The notes under the pieces are model-generated. The model did no database searches. It was given only the letters and a program-made list of their open reading frames with translations, and was not told the DNA's origin. The position numbers and the translations under genes were made by a program. Positions 8,888 to 17,652 of a stretch of 64,000 bases of DNA are shown piece by piece. The DNA is from an uncultured Acidobacteriota bacterium (GTDB lineage: Bacteria; Acidobacteriota; Thermoanaerobaculia; Multivoradales; JAHEKO01). The stretch is taken from positions 160,001 through 224,000 of the forward strand of contig CAVQNG010000005.1 of NCBI GenBank assembly GCA_963713825.1, read 5' to 3'. The number at the start of each line of letters is the position of its first letter. The first letter of the stretch is position 1.

Positions 8888-11545
8888 ATGATCGGCCAAC
8901 GAATCGGACACTACGTGATCATGTCGATGCTCGGCGAAGGGGGCATGGGAGAGGTGTACCTGGCCAAGGACACCAAGCTGGGTCGCGATGTGGCTCTCAA
9001 GGTGGTACCCGAGGAATACACTTCAGATCCTTCTCGCCTGAAGCGGTTCGAGCGAGAAGCCAAGACGGTAGCAGCCCTGAATCACCCGAACATCGTCACG
9101 GTGTATTCGATCGAGGAGGTCGAAGGTACGCACTTCCTGACGATGGAGTGCGTGCTGGGCGACAGCGTCGATCGTCTGATCCCACCGACGGGAATGCCGT
9201 TGGACACCGTCTTCGACATCGCGATTCCCTTGGCCGATGCTCTGGCCGCGGCGCATCAGCAGGGCATCGTGCACCGCGATCTCAAACCGGCGAATGTCAT
9301 GGTCTCCAAGGAGGATCGTGTCAAGGTGCTGGACTTTGGTCTGGCCAAGTTGACCGGCGATGACCAGAGTGATGATTCCGGCAGCGCAGCCAGCCAGGCG
9401 CCGACCCGCGCCACAAGCCTGACGCAGGACGGGGGGATCGTCGGCACGGTCCCTTACATGTCGCCGGAGCAGTTGGATGGCAGAGAGGTCGATCACCGGT
9501 CGGACATCTTCTCTCTTGGCGTGCTGCTTTATGAGCTGGTGACCGGCAGGCAGCCTTTTCAAGGCAACAGCGCTCCAGCCGTCATGTCCGCCATCCTGCG
9601 GGACGCGCCGAAGCCGGTCTCCGACTTCAACGCGGCTGCGCCGCGACATCTAGGCAGGATCATTCAACGGTGCCTGGAAAAGGACCCGACAGATCGTTAT
9701 CAGTCGGCCCTCGAGGTTCGCAACGAGATGAAGGCTTTGCGTCGGGAAGTCGAATCCGGCGAGTTGCCCCCCCGTCGACCGACCGAGAAACGAGCCGGCG
9801 GCAAACTCTGGGCTGCCGTGGCGGTTGCGGTTCTGGCAACGATCGCGGTGGTCGGTTTGATCGCGAAGCTCTCCCAGGGGCCGGCAGCCGACTCGGTCCG
9901 CGACGCCGCTGCAACAGAGCCGGCTACCGCCACAGCCTTCGATGCCAGTGAATGGATCATTGCCGTGCTCTCGTCGGAGACATCCTTCGCCGACGATCCC
10001 GACCTGGCGGCTTTGAACGAGGGGCTGGCATTCACCCTCACAGCCAAGCTCGCCCAGCTCTCTAGAGAACACGACCTGCAGGTGATTCCCGCCAATCTGC
10101 TTCGCGAGGAAGGCATCGACAGTCTGGAGAAGGCGCGTCGCGAGCTTGGAGTGACCCTGGCTCTCAATTTCGATACCCATCGCTTCGGCGATCGCATCCG
10201 AGTCAACGTCCAGCTTGTGGATGTGGCTCAGCAGCGCCAGGTTATGGCAGAGACCATCGACGGCGACCTGGATGATCTGCTGGCTCTCGAAGAGAAAGTG
10301 ACGGTGCGAGTGCTTCGCCTTCTGCGCGTCGAGCTGCGGCCCATGGAGCAGGATCTCTTGCGGGCCGGCACGTCCGAGCCGAGGGCCCATAACTACTACT
10401 TGCGAGGTCAGGGCTATCTCCAGAGCTTCCTCGAAGCGCAGAACATCGAACCGGCCATCGAGCTCTTCGAGCAGGCTCTGCGTGTCGATTCCAACTACGC
10501 TCGAGCCCACGCTGGCCTGGGAGAGGCCTACTGGCGACGCTACGAGATGACGGGGGACCAGAGGTGGGTGGAGTCGGCCTTCGAGGAGTGCGACAGAGCG
10601 GTCGAGCTCGATGAGTTCGACGCGGCTGGACATGTCTGTCTGGGTCATCTGTACAACGGAACCGGTCGATCGGAGGAGGCGATCCGTGAGCTAGAGCTCG
10701 CCAAGTCGCTGGACCCGACCAACGATCAGGCGGTGAGGGGCCTGGCCGATGGGTATCTAGCCACCGGAGAGCTCGAGCTCGCTGGAGAGACCTACGAGGA
10801 GGCCATCTCTCTGCGGCCTCACTACTGGGCGGGCTACAACTGGTTGGGGATCTTCTACCTGCGGCAGGGCCGCTTCGATGAGGCGATCGAGAACTTCGAG
10901 GAAGTGGTAGGGCTGGCCCCGGATAGCTATCGGGGGTACAGCAATCTGGGGGCAGCCTATTACTTTGCGGAGCGACGGGTAGAGGCCCGCCGGGCCTTCG
11001 AACGGGCCCTGGAGATCAACCCCGAGGACGACATGTCCTGCGCCAACCTCGGCGCCCTGTATTTCTTCGAGGGACGCTTCGACGAGGCTGCCGAACTCTT
11101 CGCACGGGCTGTCACTCTGGATGAAGACGACTGCATCAATGTGGGCAATCTCGCCGACGCCTACTACTGGGGCGCCGAAGGCAAGGAGGCGGCGCGTGAG
11201 ACCTATCTTCGCGCCGCGTCGCTCTGTCAGGAAGAGCTGCAGGTCAATCCCAGGGAGCCGTTTATTCTGGCCGACCGGGCCTACTTCCTCGCCATGGCCG
11301 GCGTCGGAGGTCAGGCTGCCGAGGAGGTAGAAAAGGCCCTGGCGATTGCCCCGACCGACATGACCATTCAGCACCGTGCGGCCCAGGTCTATTACGTGGT
11401 TGGGCAGACCGACCGCGCCCTCCGATTGCTAACGACCTCGGTCGAAGGGGGCTATCCACGCACAGAGATTGGCGCGGATCCCCTATTCGCCGACCTGAGT
11501 GGCGATCCCGGATTCGACGCCCTGGTCGATGAATCGCTTCCCTGA
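8888..11545 (+). CDS. Ser/Thr protein kinase with TM segment, TolB-N-like domain and TPR repeats
   Basis: LGEGGMGEVY, HRDLKPAN, DFGLAK, GTVPYMSPEQ; many TPR motifs in the C-terminal half. Confidence 0.95.
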   Translation: MIGQRIGHYVIMSMLGEGGMGEVYLAKDTKLGRDVALKVVPEEYTSDPSRLKRFEREAKTVAALNHPNIVTVYSIEEVEGTHFLTMECVLGDSVDRLIPPTGMPLDTVFDIAIPLADALAAAHQQGIVHRDLKPANVMVSKEDRVKVLDFGLAKLTGDDQSDDSGSAASQAPTRATSLTQDGGIVGTVPYMSPEQLDGREVDHRSDIFSLGVLLYELVTGRQPFQGNSAPAVMSAILRDAPKPVSDFNAAAPRHLGRIIQRCLEKDPTDRYQSALEVRNEMKALRREVESGELPPRRPTEKRAGGKLWAAVAVAVLATIAVVGLIAKLSQGPAADSVRDAAATEPATATAFDASEWIIAVLSSETSFADDPDLAALNEGLAFTLTAKLAQLSREHDLQVIPANLLREEGIDSLEKARRELGVTLALNFDTHRFGDRIRVNVQLVDVAQQRQVMAETIDGDLDDLLALEEKVTVRVLRLLRVELRPMEQDLLRAGTSEPRAHNYYLRGQGYLQSFLEAQNIEPAIELFEQALRVDSNYARAHAGLGEAYWRRYEMTGDQRWVESAFEECDRAVELDEFDAAGHVCLGHLYNGTGRSEEAIRELELAKSLDPTNDQAVRGLADGYLATGELELAGETYEEAISLRPHYWAGYNWLGIFYLRQGRFDEAIENFEEVVGLAPDSYRGYSNLGAAYYFAERRVEARRAFERALEINPEDDMSCANLGALYFFEGRFDEAAELFARAVTLDEDDCINVGNLADAYYWGAEGKEAARETYLRAASLCQEELQVNPREPFILADRAYFLAMAGVGGQAAEEVEKALAIAPTDMTIQHRAAQVYYVVGQTDRALRLLTTSVEGGYPRTEIGADPLFADLSGDPGFDALVDESLP

Positions 11546-11549
11546 CCGA

Positions 11550-11972
11550 CTAGCCTGATCCTCCGCCGACTCTGACTCGCGGGTCGATGACGATTCGATC
11601 CTCACCGCAGTAGATCGTGATGTTGTACTCATAGACGCCCTGCGCATCGGGCTTCATGGATGTAGCTCCGGTGCGGCCGTTGCCCTCGTGCCGGCGGTCC
11701 GAATAGGGCCACTCGCTGCCATCCTTGGCCTCGATCACGATCTTTGTGTCCTCACTGTTCGTGTTGAGGATCCAATCGATCGGCTCTCCCTGGAGCACTT
11801 CGACTTCCCATGGATTGATGTGGAAGTTGAATGGCCCATTTCCATTGTTTGGACACTTTGCAGTGATGACGACCGACCTGCCCTGGGCATTGGCCGGTTC
11901 TGCGGAGAATGAAACGAAGGCGAAAGCGATCAGGGCCACAGAAACAACGAACACGTATCCTCTTGGGTTCAT
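11550..11972 (-). CDS. Small secreted hypothetical protein (probable beta-sandwich)
   Basis: GGAGGT RBS before ATG at 11972; signal peptide ending ANA; two Cys; C-terminal YEYNITIYC...IDPRVRV. Confidence 0.72.
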   Translation of the reverse strand: MNPRGYVFVVSVALIAFAFVSFSAEPANAQGRSVVITAKCPNNGNGPFNFHINPWEVEVLQGEPIDWILNTNSEDTKIVIEAKDGSEWPYSDRRHEGNGRTGATSMKPDAQGVYEYNITIYCGEDRIVIDPRVRVGGGSG

Positions 11973-12022
11973 AGCAACCTCCCGACTGCGATTAGGGTCC
12001 AGCCTCCTAGCTCGTTTTCGAC

Positions 12023-12051
12023 AGTATGCCGATGTCGCCGGAACATGGCAA
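12023..12051 (-). promoter_or_regulatory. Putative sigma70 promoter for the 11972 gene
   Basis: Minus strand TTGCCA-N17-CATACT. Confidence 0.5.
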
Positions 12052-12082
12052 GTCGGTCCCTGGACTGAAAGGGCCGGAGGCT

Positions 12083-12580
12083 TCAGTCTTCGTAGATCCG
12101 CCAACCGAGCGACTCTGGGTCGACGTCGGAGATCTGCTCGAGGTCGAGTTTCATGTAGCGGCCGTCGGCGCTCACCGCAACTGTGCCATCGGGGAGATAG
12201 ATCTCGCCGGTGCCTTCGAACAGACGTCGGCGCTCGCGGGTGATTCGACCCCTGGCGGTGAGCTCTGTGTCCAGCGGTACCGGCTTGTGGAAGCGGACGG
12301 AGAGCTCGACGGCCACTCCCCAGGTCGTCGGGTCATCCTCGCCGTTGGCCGCATTGATCGCGCGGCCGATGGTCTCGTCCAGGATTCCGGTCGCCGCCCC
12401 GCCGTGCATTCTCCCCGGATAGCCCTGATGCTCGGTTCTACCCGTGAATCTGGCCAGGGTTTCGGGATGACCCTCTTCCGAGGTGACGTCGTAGAAGGCG
12501 ACCCGCAAGCTGGCGTCGTTTCGGACGCCGCAGATGAAGCAGTCGTAGCTGTTGGGTTGTTTCTGGATCGGTTCGCTCAT
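12083..12580 (-). CDS. PaaI-family (hotdog fold) thioesterase
   Basis: CFICG, HQGYPGRMHGG, LDE and LSVRFHKPVP motifs. Confidence 0.9.
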   Translation of the reverse strand: MSEPIQKQPNSYDCFICGVRNDASLRVAFYDVTSEEGHPETLARFTGRTEHQGYPGRMHGGAATGILDETIGRAINAANGEDDPTTWGVAVELSVRFHKPVPLDTELTARGRITRERRRLFEGTGEIYLPDGTVAVSADGRYMKLDLEQISDVDPESLGWRIYED

Positions 12581-12610
12581 GGGGTGATTCTATGACGGGA
12601 ATAGATCTTT

Positions 12611-12652
12611 TGTGATATTGGTTATATATCGTAGTGATATCATATTTCGAGG
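12611..12652. promoter_or_regulatory. AT-rich operator-like site with TGATAT repeats upstream of the SPFH-RHH operon
   Basis: GTGATAT...GTGATATCAT containing the TGATATCA palindrome, within an AT-rich island. Confidence 0.45.
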
Positions 12653-12661
12653 AGGTGAAAC

Positions 12662-13558
12662 ATGGGTAATCAGCAACTCGAGAATGTCATCGAACGACCA
12701 GCCAGGACCATCAGTGGATTTGCCATGCTGTTTATCGGCATCGGGTGGGAGGCTCTCGCCGTGTGGAAGTTCATCGACGCCATCCGCTTCGAGCACGTTC
12801 CCACCATGATCCTGGCGTTCGTCATCTTCACGGCAGGGCTCCTCGTTCTGGTGGGGCTGTTTACCGTACAGCCCAATGAGTCTCGAGTCCTCGTCTTCTT
12901 TGGCCGCTATATCGGGTCGTGCCGCATCGAGGGGTTCCGTTGGGGCAATCCATTCGCGATCAAGAGGCGGGTCTCGCTGCGGGTGAGGAATCTGACGAGT
13001 GAGACCATCAAGGTGAACGACGAGAGCGGTAGCCCGATCGAGATCGCCGCGGTCGTCGTGTGGCGCGTCATCGACACCGCCAAGGCTTTGTTCGACGTGG
13101 ATCACTACGAGCAGTTCGTCAACATCCAGGTCGAGACGGCGGTGCGATCCCTGGCCACAGGCCACCCCTACGATCCGCGCGACGCCGCAGGCAACGAAAT
13201 CTCTCTGCGCGGCAATCAGGAGGAGATCGCCGATGAGCTGAGGGTCGGACTGCAGGAACGGTTGTCGCTCGCCGGCGTCGATGTCATGGAAGCCAGATTG
13301 ACCCACCTCGCGTACGCGCCCGAGATCGCCCAGGCGATGCTCAGGCGTCAACAGGCGCAGGCGGTGGTGGCAGCCCGACGGCTCATCGTCGAGGCCGCTG
13401 TTGGCATGGTCGATCAGGCCCTGCGGGACCTGGCCACTCAGGGGATCGTGGAGTTGGACGAGGAACGCAAGGCTGCGATGGTCAACAACCTCATGGTCGT
13501 GCTGACCAGCGAGCAGTCGAGCGCTCCTGTCCTCAACACGGGCAGCCTGTACGGCTGA
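12662..13558 (+). CDS. SPFH/Band 7 domain membrane protein
   Basis: Two N-terminal TM segments; [20 protein letters not shown] and [17 protein letters not shown]; C-terminal NTGSLY. Confidence 0.93.
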   Translation: MGNQQLENVIERPARTISGFAMLFIGIGWEALAVWKFIDAIRFEHVPTMILAFVIFTAGLLVLVGLFTVQPNESRVLVFFGRYIGSCRIEGFRWGNPFAIKRRVSLRVRNLTSETIKVNDESGSPIEIAAVVVWRVIDTAKALFDVDHYEQFVNIQVETAVRSLATGHPYDPRDAAGNEISLRGNQEEIADELRVGLQERLSLAGVDVMEARLTHLAYAPEIAQAMLRRQQAQAVVAARRLIVEAAVGMVDQALRDLATQGIVELDEERKAAMVNNLMVVLTSEQSSAPVLNTGSLYG

Positions 13559-13565
13559 GAAGCAT

Positions 13566-13748
13566 GTGAGCGAAAAGAAGCGATTTCTGCTGCGCCTCGA
13601 CCCCGAGGTCTACGAGAGGTTGGAGAAGTGGGCCGCAGACGAGTTGCGCAGCGTCAACTCCCAGATCGAGTACCTGCTCCGGGACTCTCTGCGCCGCGCC
13701 GGGCGCTTGGGTCGAGCAGCGGATCGCTCGTCTGATCTAGAATCCTGA
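13566..13748 (+). CDS. Arc-like ribbon-helix-helix DNA-binding protein
   Basis: [35 protein letters not shown]; typical partner of this SPFH subfamily. Confidence 0.88.
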   Translation: MSEKKRFLLRLDPEVYERLEKWAADELRSVNSQIEYLLRDSLRRAGRLGRAADRSSDLES

Positions 13749-13780
13749 TCCGCGGGCTCGGCTCGACACAGGCTTGGAGA

Positions 13781-14305
13781 ATGGAGCGAATGGACCGACC
13801 GAACCAGGAGGCAGTTCCGGCAAGAGTCGCCGACATCGATTGGCAGGCCTGGCAGCCCGTCGACAAGGGCACGATTCTGTTCGTTATCCAGGACGGCCAG
13901 ATTCTGCTGATTCACAAGAAGAGAGGACTGGGGGCCGGCAAGATCAATGGCCCAGGAGGTCGGTTGGATGATGGTGAGACACCTTTTGAGTGCGCTATCC
14001 GGGAGGTCGAGGAGGAGCTCCGAATCTCTCCCACCGGCGTCGACGAGATCGGTGAGTTGCAGTTTCAGTTCCGCGATGGCTACTCGATTCATGTCTGGGT
14101 GTACAGGGCGAGCGGCTTCGTAGGCACGCCGGAAGAGACAGACGAGGCCGACCCGCTGTGGACTTCCATCGACGAGATCCCTTACGACAGGATGTGGCCC
14201 GACGATCGCATCTGGCTACCTCTGCTGCTGGCACGACGTCCATTCCTGGGGCGGTTCGTTTTCGATGACGATTCGATGCTCGACCACCTTTTGATCGAGC
14301 GCTGA
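13781..14305 (+). CDS. NUDIX hydrolase, MTH1/NUDT1-like 8-oxo-dGTP diphosphatase
   Basis: KKRGLGAGKINGPGG, Nudix box GETPFECAIREVEEE, IPYDRMWPDD. Confidence 0.9.
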   Translation: MERMDRPNQEAVPARVADIDWQAWQPVDKGTILFVIQDGQILLIHKKRGLGAGKINGPGGRLDDGETPFECAIREVEEELRISPTGVDEIGELQFQFRDGYSIHVWVYRASGFVGTPEETDEADPLWTSIDEIPYDRMWPDDRIWLPLLLARRPFLGRFVFDDDSMLDHLLIER

Positions 14306-14404
14306 CCCGTTACGCAGGTAGACAACGACGCCTTCCGCTGCTGGCGAGAGGGCGTCGTCCTTGCCTCGGCTCTCAATGGCCGAAACGAGCTCCTGAATCA
14401 GAGA

Positions 14405-14893
14405 TCAGCCTCCGGCTGCCTGGCCCCCAGTGTGATCGACGTGAGCTGTCAGCATGTGCTGACCGATCCACTGCGCCATTACGGTCTCCGGAATCGAGCC
14501 CAGCTCGACCTTGAGGTCCTTCTCATGGCCGTTCCTGACGATGCTGTAGGTGACCGTCTTGCCAGGCGTCATGGCCTTGGTAGCCTCTTTGAGAGCCTGT
14601 TTGTTCTCGTCTTTGTACGCCACTCCGTTGAAACTGGCCAGCACATCTCCGGCCTCGAATCCTGCCGATTCCGCCGGGCTGTCCGGGACGACCCTGACGA
14701 TCCTCATGGTGCCGTCTTCATTCGTGTCCATCTCGATACCGACCCAGCCTCGACCCTGGAGGCTCTCGGCGTAGGCGTTGAGACACGCTGCCGCGGGTTG
14801 GTCGCACTTCTTGTGGTCGCCGGCCGTCGCCGGGATCGCGGTAACCAGAAGAACGACGGCGGCGGCAGCGATAAATACTCTATTCATCGACAT
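14405..14893 (-). CDS. Secreted PDZ-domain protein
   Basis: Signal peptide; GWVGIE and VVPDSPAESAGFEAGDVL PDZ motifs. Confidence 0.85.
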   Translation of the reverse strand: MSMNRVFIAAAAVVLLVTAIPATAGDHKKCDQPAAACLNAYAESLQGRGWVGIEMDTNEDGTMRIVRVVPDSPAESAGFEAGDVLASFNGVAYKDENKQALKEATKAMTPGKTVTYSIVRNGHEKDLKVELGSIPETVMAQWIGQHMLTAHVDHTGGQAAGG

Positions 14894-15024
14894 CTCCTTT
14901 GCGGGTCAGTGCTTCGACCCTAGCTGAAGGGAGGAAACAGGGCCCTCAGGGAGGGGGCGACCCGGCTCCGCGGCTGCGGATCGGATCTCTGAGAGCACTG
15001 TCGCCTCGTGAAACTGACAGCATC

Positions 15025-15050
15025 TACGGAGGAGGCGCCCAAAGGTTGCA
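15025..15050 (-). promoter_or_regulatory. Putative ECF-sigma promoter for the PDZ gene
   Basis: Minus strand TGCAAC-N16-CGTA. Confidence 0.55.
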
Positions 15051-15057
15051 TGTAGGA

Positions 15058-15425
15058 GGGTTGAGGCGCCCGATCAGTACCTCTCGGGCGATCCTTGAGG
15101 GCTTGGGGTTGAGGAGTCCGTCGTTCCTCCGGCCTACCTTTGAGGCAGTGCCGCCCTCCCATTCCCCTATGCCCTTTATCCCCTACACCCTTCGTTCCCA
15201 ATGCCTTCAGCGGTACCTGAGGTTTGTTCGGGTGGTTCGATAGGGGGCGCCGAGTCGAGCGCAGCGCAAGGTCCTTGATAAGGCGCAGGAGGCGGGGCGC
15301 GATGACGAGACGAGGTGGCGGTCCCCCGCCAAAGTCTGTGCAACCGCCGCCGTCCGCCTGCGGACCACCCGGACGGACCTCCGCAAGATGGTGGTCATCT
15401 GCCCAGGACCCAAGCCCCAGGACCA
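15058..15425. mobile_element. Composite non-autonomous repeat element (locus C): REP-like units, C-rich tract, structured core and heptamer tail
   Basis: Two REP-like units at 15058-15145; core 15219-15381 is homologous to the reverse complement of 58779-58945. Confidence 0.7.
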
Positions 15426-15462
15426 CTGCCGACTATGAGAGGATTTCGAAAAGGGGAGTACG

Positions 15463-15873
15463 ATGGCAGGAAGCAAGAACGACTCAACCACCGGCGATCT
15501 CCATTCCGACCATCTCGCCGCTCATGAGGACCACGCGGCCTGGCTGGAAGACCTGAATCGGTGGCGTGGCGAGTATCAGGCGGCACTCATGGACCTGGCC
15601 CGGCGCGTTCTGCCCGATCTCGAGCTCGAGAACTACGAGACTGCTCTGGACCGCCACGAGGCGGCCATTCTGGCTCACGAAGATCTTCTACACAGCCACG
15701 AGGAGGCGGTTGGGTTCAGCAAGAGACTCGGGGAAGGGACCTCAGAAGAGTACGAGCTGGTGCATGCCCAGCTGGACACCAGGCACGGGCGCTCCTCGAA
15801 AGCACATCAGCACCTGGAGAGAACCCACCAGGCCATTCTTCGAGCCATGGAGATGCTGGCCAGAAAGCTCTGA
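15463..15873 (+). CDS. His-rich helical hypothetical protein
   Basis: GGGGAG RBS; 136 aa with periodic His (HEDHAAW, RHEAAILAHEDLLHSHEE, VHAQLDTRHGRSSKAHQHLERTH). Confidence 0.75.
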   Translation: MAGSKNDSTTGDLHSDHLAAHEDHAAWLEDLNRWRGEYQAALMDLARRVLPDLELENYETALDRHEAAILAHEDLLHSHEEAVGFSKRLGEGTSEEYELVHAQLDTRHGRSSKAHQHLERTHQAILRAMEMLARKL

Positions 15874-15944
15874 GGTTCTGGGCTGTCTAGCTGCGGGTCG
15901 GTTCTTGCGGCCGACCCGAGAGTCTCTGTTCGCAGCAGTAGGGT

Positions 15945-16127
15945 CTAGCTGCCGGCTGGGCGGCGGCGCTTTCTTCGCTTGCCATTCTGCTTGCGGCGCT
16001 TGGGCCCTTTGGCAGCTTGGTTGCCACCAACCATGGAGCCTTCGCCGCCGTGCTCGGGGCAGACCAGGGACTTGGTGCTCCTGAAGGGGCGCAAGCAGAT
16101 CCGGCAGTACGATTCCGTTCCAGACAT
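15945..16127 (-). CDS. Small zinc-ribbon-like protein with basic tail (60 aa)
   Basis: GGAG RBS before ATG at 16127; CRIC...CPEH; KRRKQNGKRRKRRR tail; hairpin downstream near 15895-15918. Confidence 0.55.
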   Translation of the reverse strand: MSGTESYCRICLRPFRSTKSLVCPEHGGEGSMVGGNQAAKGPKRRKQNGKRRKRRRPAGS

Positions 16128-16338
16128 AGGGTCTCCGTTGGGGTCGGCTCGCGTCAGAGGCGACGAGCCAGCTCGAGCTTGGGGGTACTCCGTCCGAAGG
16201 ACGTTTCCCACTCGTTTCTACATTGTAGCCTAAACAGGTGGTGCCAGCCTAGCAATGACTTCTTACGCCATGGAGTAAGACCGGGCACGCCAGTGGTTAT
16301 AGGTGGCAGAGACCGCTCTGTTCTAGAATAACTCCTGC

Positions 16339-17379
16339 ATGCTGACTTCCGAGACGGGTCGTGCCGAGGCCATCCGCCGCCTGGTGGATGAGGGCGAAGC
16401 GTTGGGTATTCCACGCGCCGAGCTCCTCGACGCGGCGCAGGTCGAAGCCTCGGCGCTCGATGATCCCGATGGACGAGTTCCCGTCAGCAAGTACTGGGAC
16501 CTGTGGCGATTCATCGCCGGAGAGGTACCCGACCCGGACCTGGGTCTGAAGCTGGGTCAACAGGTCCAGGTTCGAGATACCGGCATCGTCGGCTACGCAA
16601 TGTTGCACAGTTCTACGCTTGGGGGGGGGCTCGAGAGACTGGCCCGCTACGGCAAGATCTTCACTCAGCGGGCCGACCTGTCGTTGGAGCCAGCTGGCAC
16701 CCAGTGGCGATTCATCCAGCATCGACCGCCTCTCTACCGGAGCCTGCGCCAGGTCACGGACGGCCGGATCGCAGCCGTCCTCAGCGTCTGTCGCCAGATC
16801 ACGGGCCGCGACTTGGATCCGACACTTGTGCGGCTACCCTATCCGCGACCGGAAGACATCAGCGTCCATCGGCAGCTTTTTCGTTCGGATCTGGACTTCG
16901 GGGAGCGCACCTGGAGTATGGACTTCCGAGCTCGCGACCTGGCGCTACCGCTGATTGCCGCCGACGAAACTCTGGCAGGCTATCTCGACGAAGTGGCGGC
17001 TCTCAGGCTGGAGGAGCTGCCGCAGGACGAATCGTTCACGGACCGTGTGCGCCGGATCGTCTGGGCCCATCTCAGTGAAGGGCAGCCATCGGTGGCGAGG
17101 GTGGCCTCCGAGCTGGCGGTGAGTGGCCGCACTCTCCAGCGGCGCCTGAGAGAAGAAGGCCACTCTTTTGCGGAACTCGTCGAAACGCTACGCAAGCAGA
17201 AGGCCGAGGCGCTGCTAAAGGACAAGCACCTGGCGATCTACGAGGTTGGATATCTGCTCGGCTACTCGGATGCGACAGCTTTCTACCGAGCCTTCCGTAG
17301 GTGGTACGGAAAGTCGCCTCGGGAATACCGTCAGTTGAGCAGCTCGCAGGGCAGCAGAGGGAACTCCGCGAGCGTCTGA
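16339..17379 (+). CDS. AraC-family transcriptional regulator (OruR/VqsM type)
   Basis: DPDGRVP and GIVGYAMLHSSTL N-terminal domain; SGRTLQRRL and LGYSDATAFYRAFRRWYGKSP HTH. Confidence 0.94.
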   Translation: MLTSETGRAEAIRRLVDEGEALGIPRAELLDAAQVEASALDDPDGRVPVSKYWDLWRFIAGEVPDPDLGLKLGQQVQVRDTGIVGYAMLHSSTLGGGLERLARYGKIFTQRADLSLEPAGTQWRFIQHRPPLYRSLRQVTDGRIAAVLSVCRQITGRDLDPTLVRLPYPRPEDISVHRQLFRSDLDFGERTWSMDFRARDLALPLIAADETLAGYLDEVAALRLEELPQDESFTDRVRRIVWAHLSEGQPSVARVASELAVSGRTLQRRLREEGHSFAELVETLRKQKAEALLKDKHLAIYEVGYLLGYSDATAFYRAFRRWYGKSPREYRQLSSSQGSRGNSASV

Positions 17380-17537
17380 TCTTCCGCCAACTGCTCGGCA
17401 AAGACCACCGCATCTTCGAAACTGCGAAAACTGCCGACTGGTACCGGACTGGCTTCGCCATCCGTGGTCAGATTGCGGTAGAGGCCGGTTTCGGAGTCGT
17501 ACTCCTCGATCTCGACCCAGAGCTTGAAGAACTTCAT
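17331..17537 (-). CDS. Small hypothetical protein (68 aa) overlapping the AraC 3' end
   Basis: MKFFKLWVEIEEYDSETG... has a protein-like acidic/aromatic composition and fills the otherwise empty gap. Confidence 0.45.
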   Translation of the reverse strand: MKFFKLWVEIEEYDSETGLYRNLTTDGEASPVPVGSFRSFEDAVVFAEQLAEDQTLAEFPLLPCELLN

Positions 17538-17652
17538 GGTGAGAGTGATAGTTTCAGGAGTAGGAAACCACACACAGGACTCAGCGCGCCATCTTGTTTG
17601 TATCGCACGCCACGCCCGATCGGGTGGGGTCTACGAGAGAGGGATTCAGAGC

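Noticed and set aside
14900-15050. Glycine riboswitch-like words (CTGAAGGGAG, CCTCAGG, CTCTGAGAG)
   Set aside because: Stems and order do not build a convincing aptamer, no glycine-related gene follows, and the region is better explained as the PDZ gene leader with an ECF promoter
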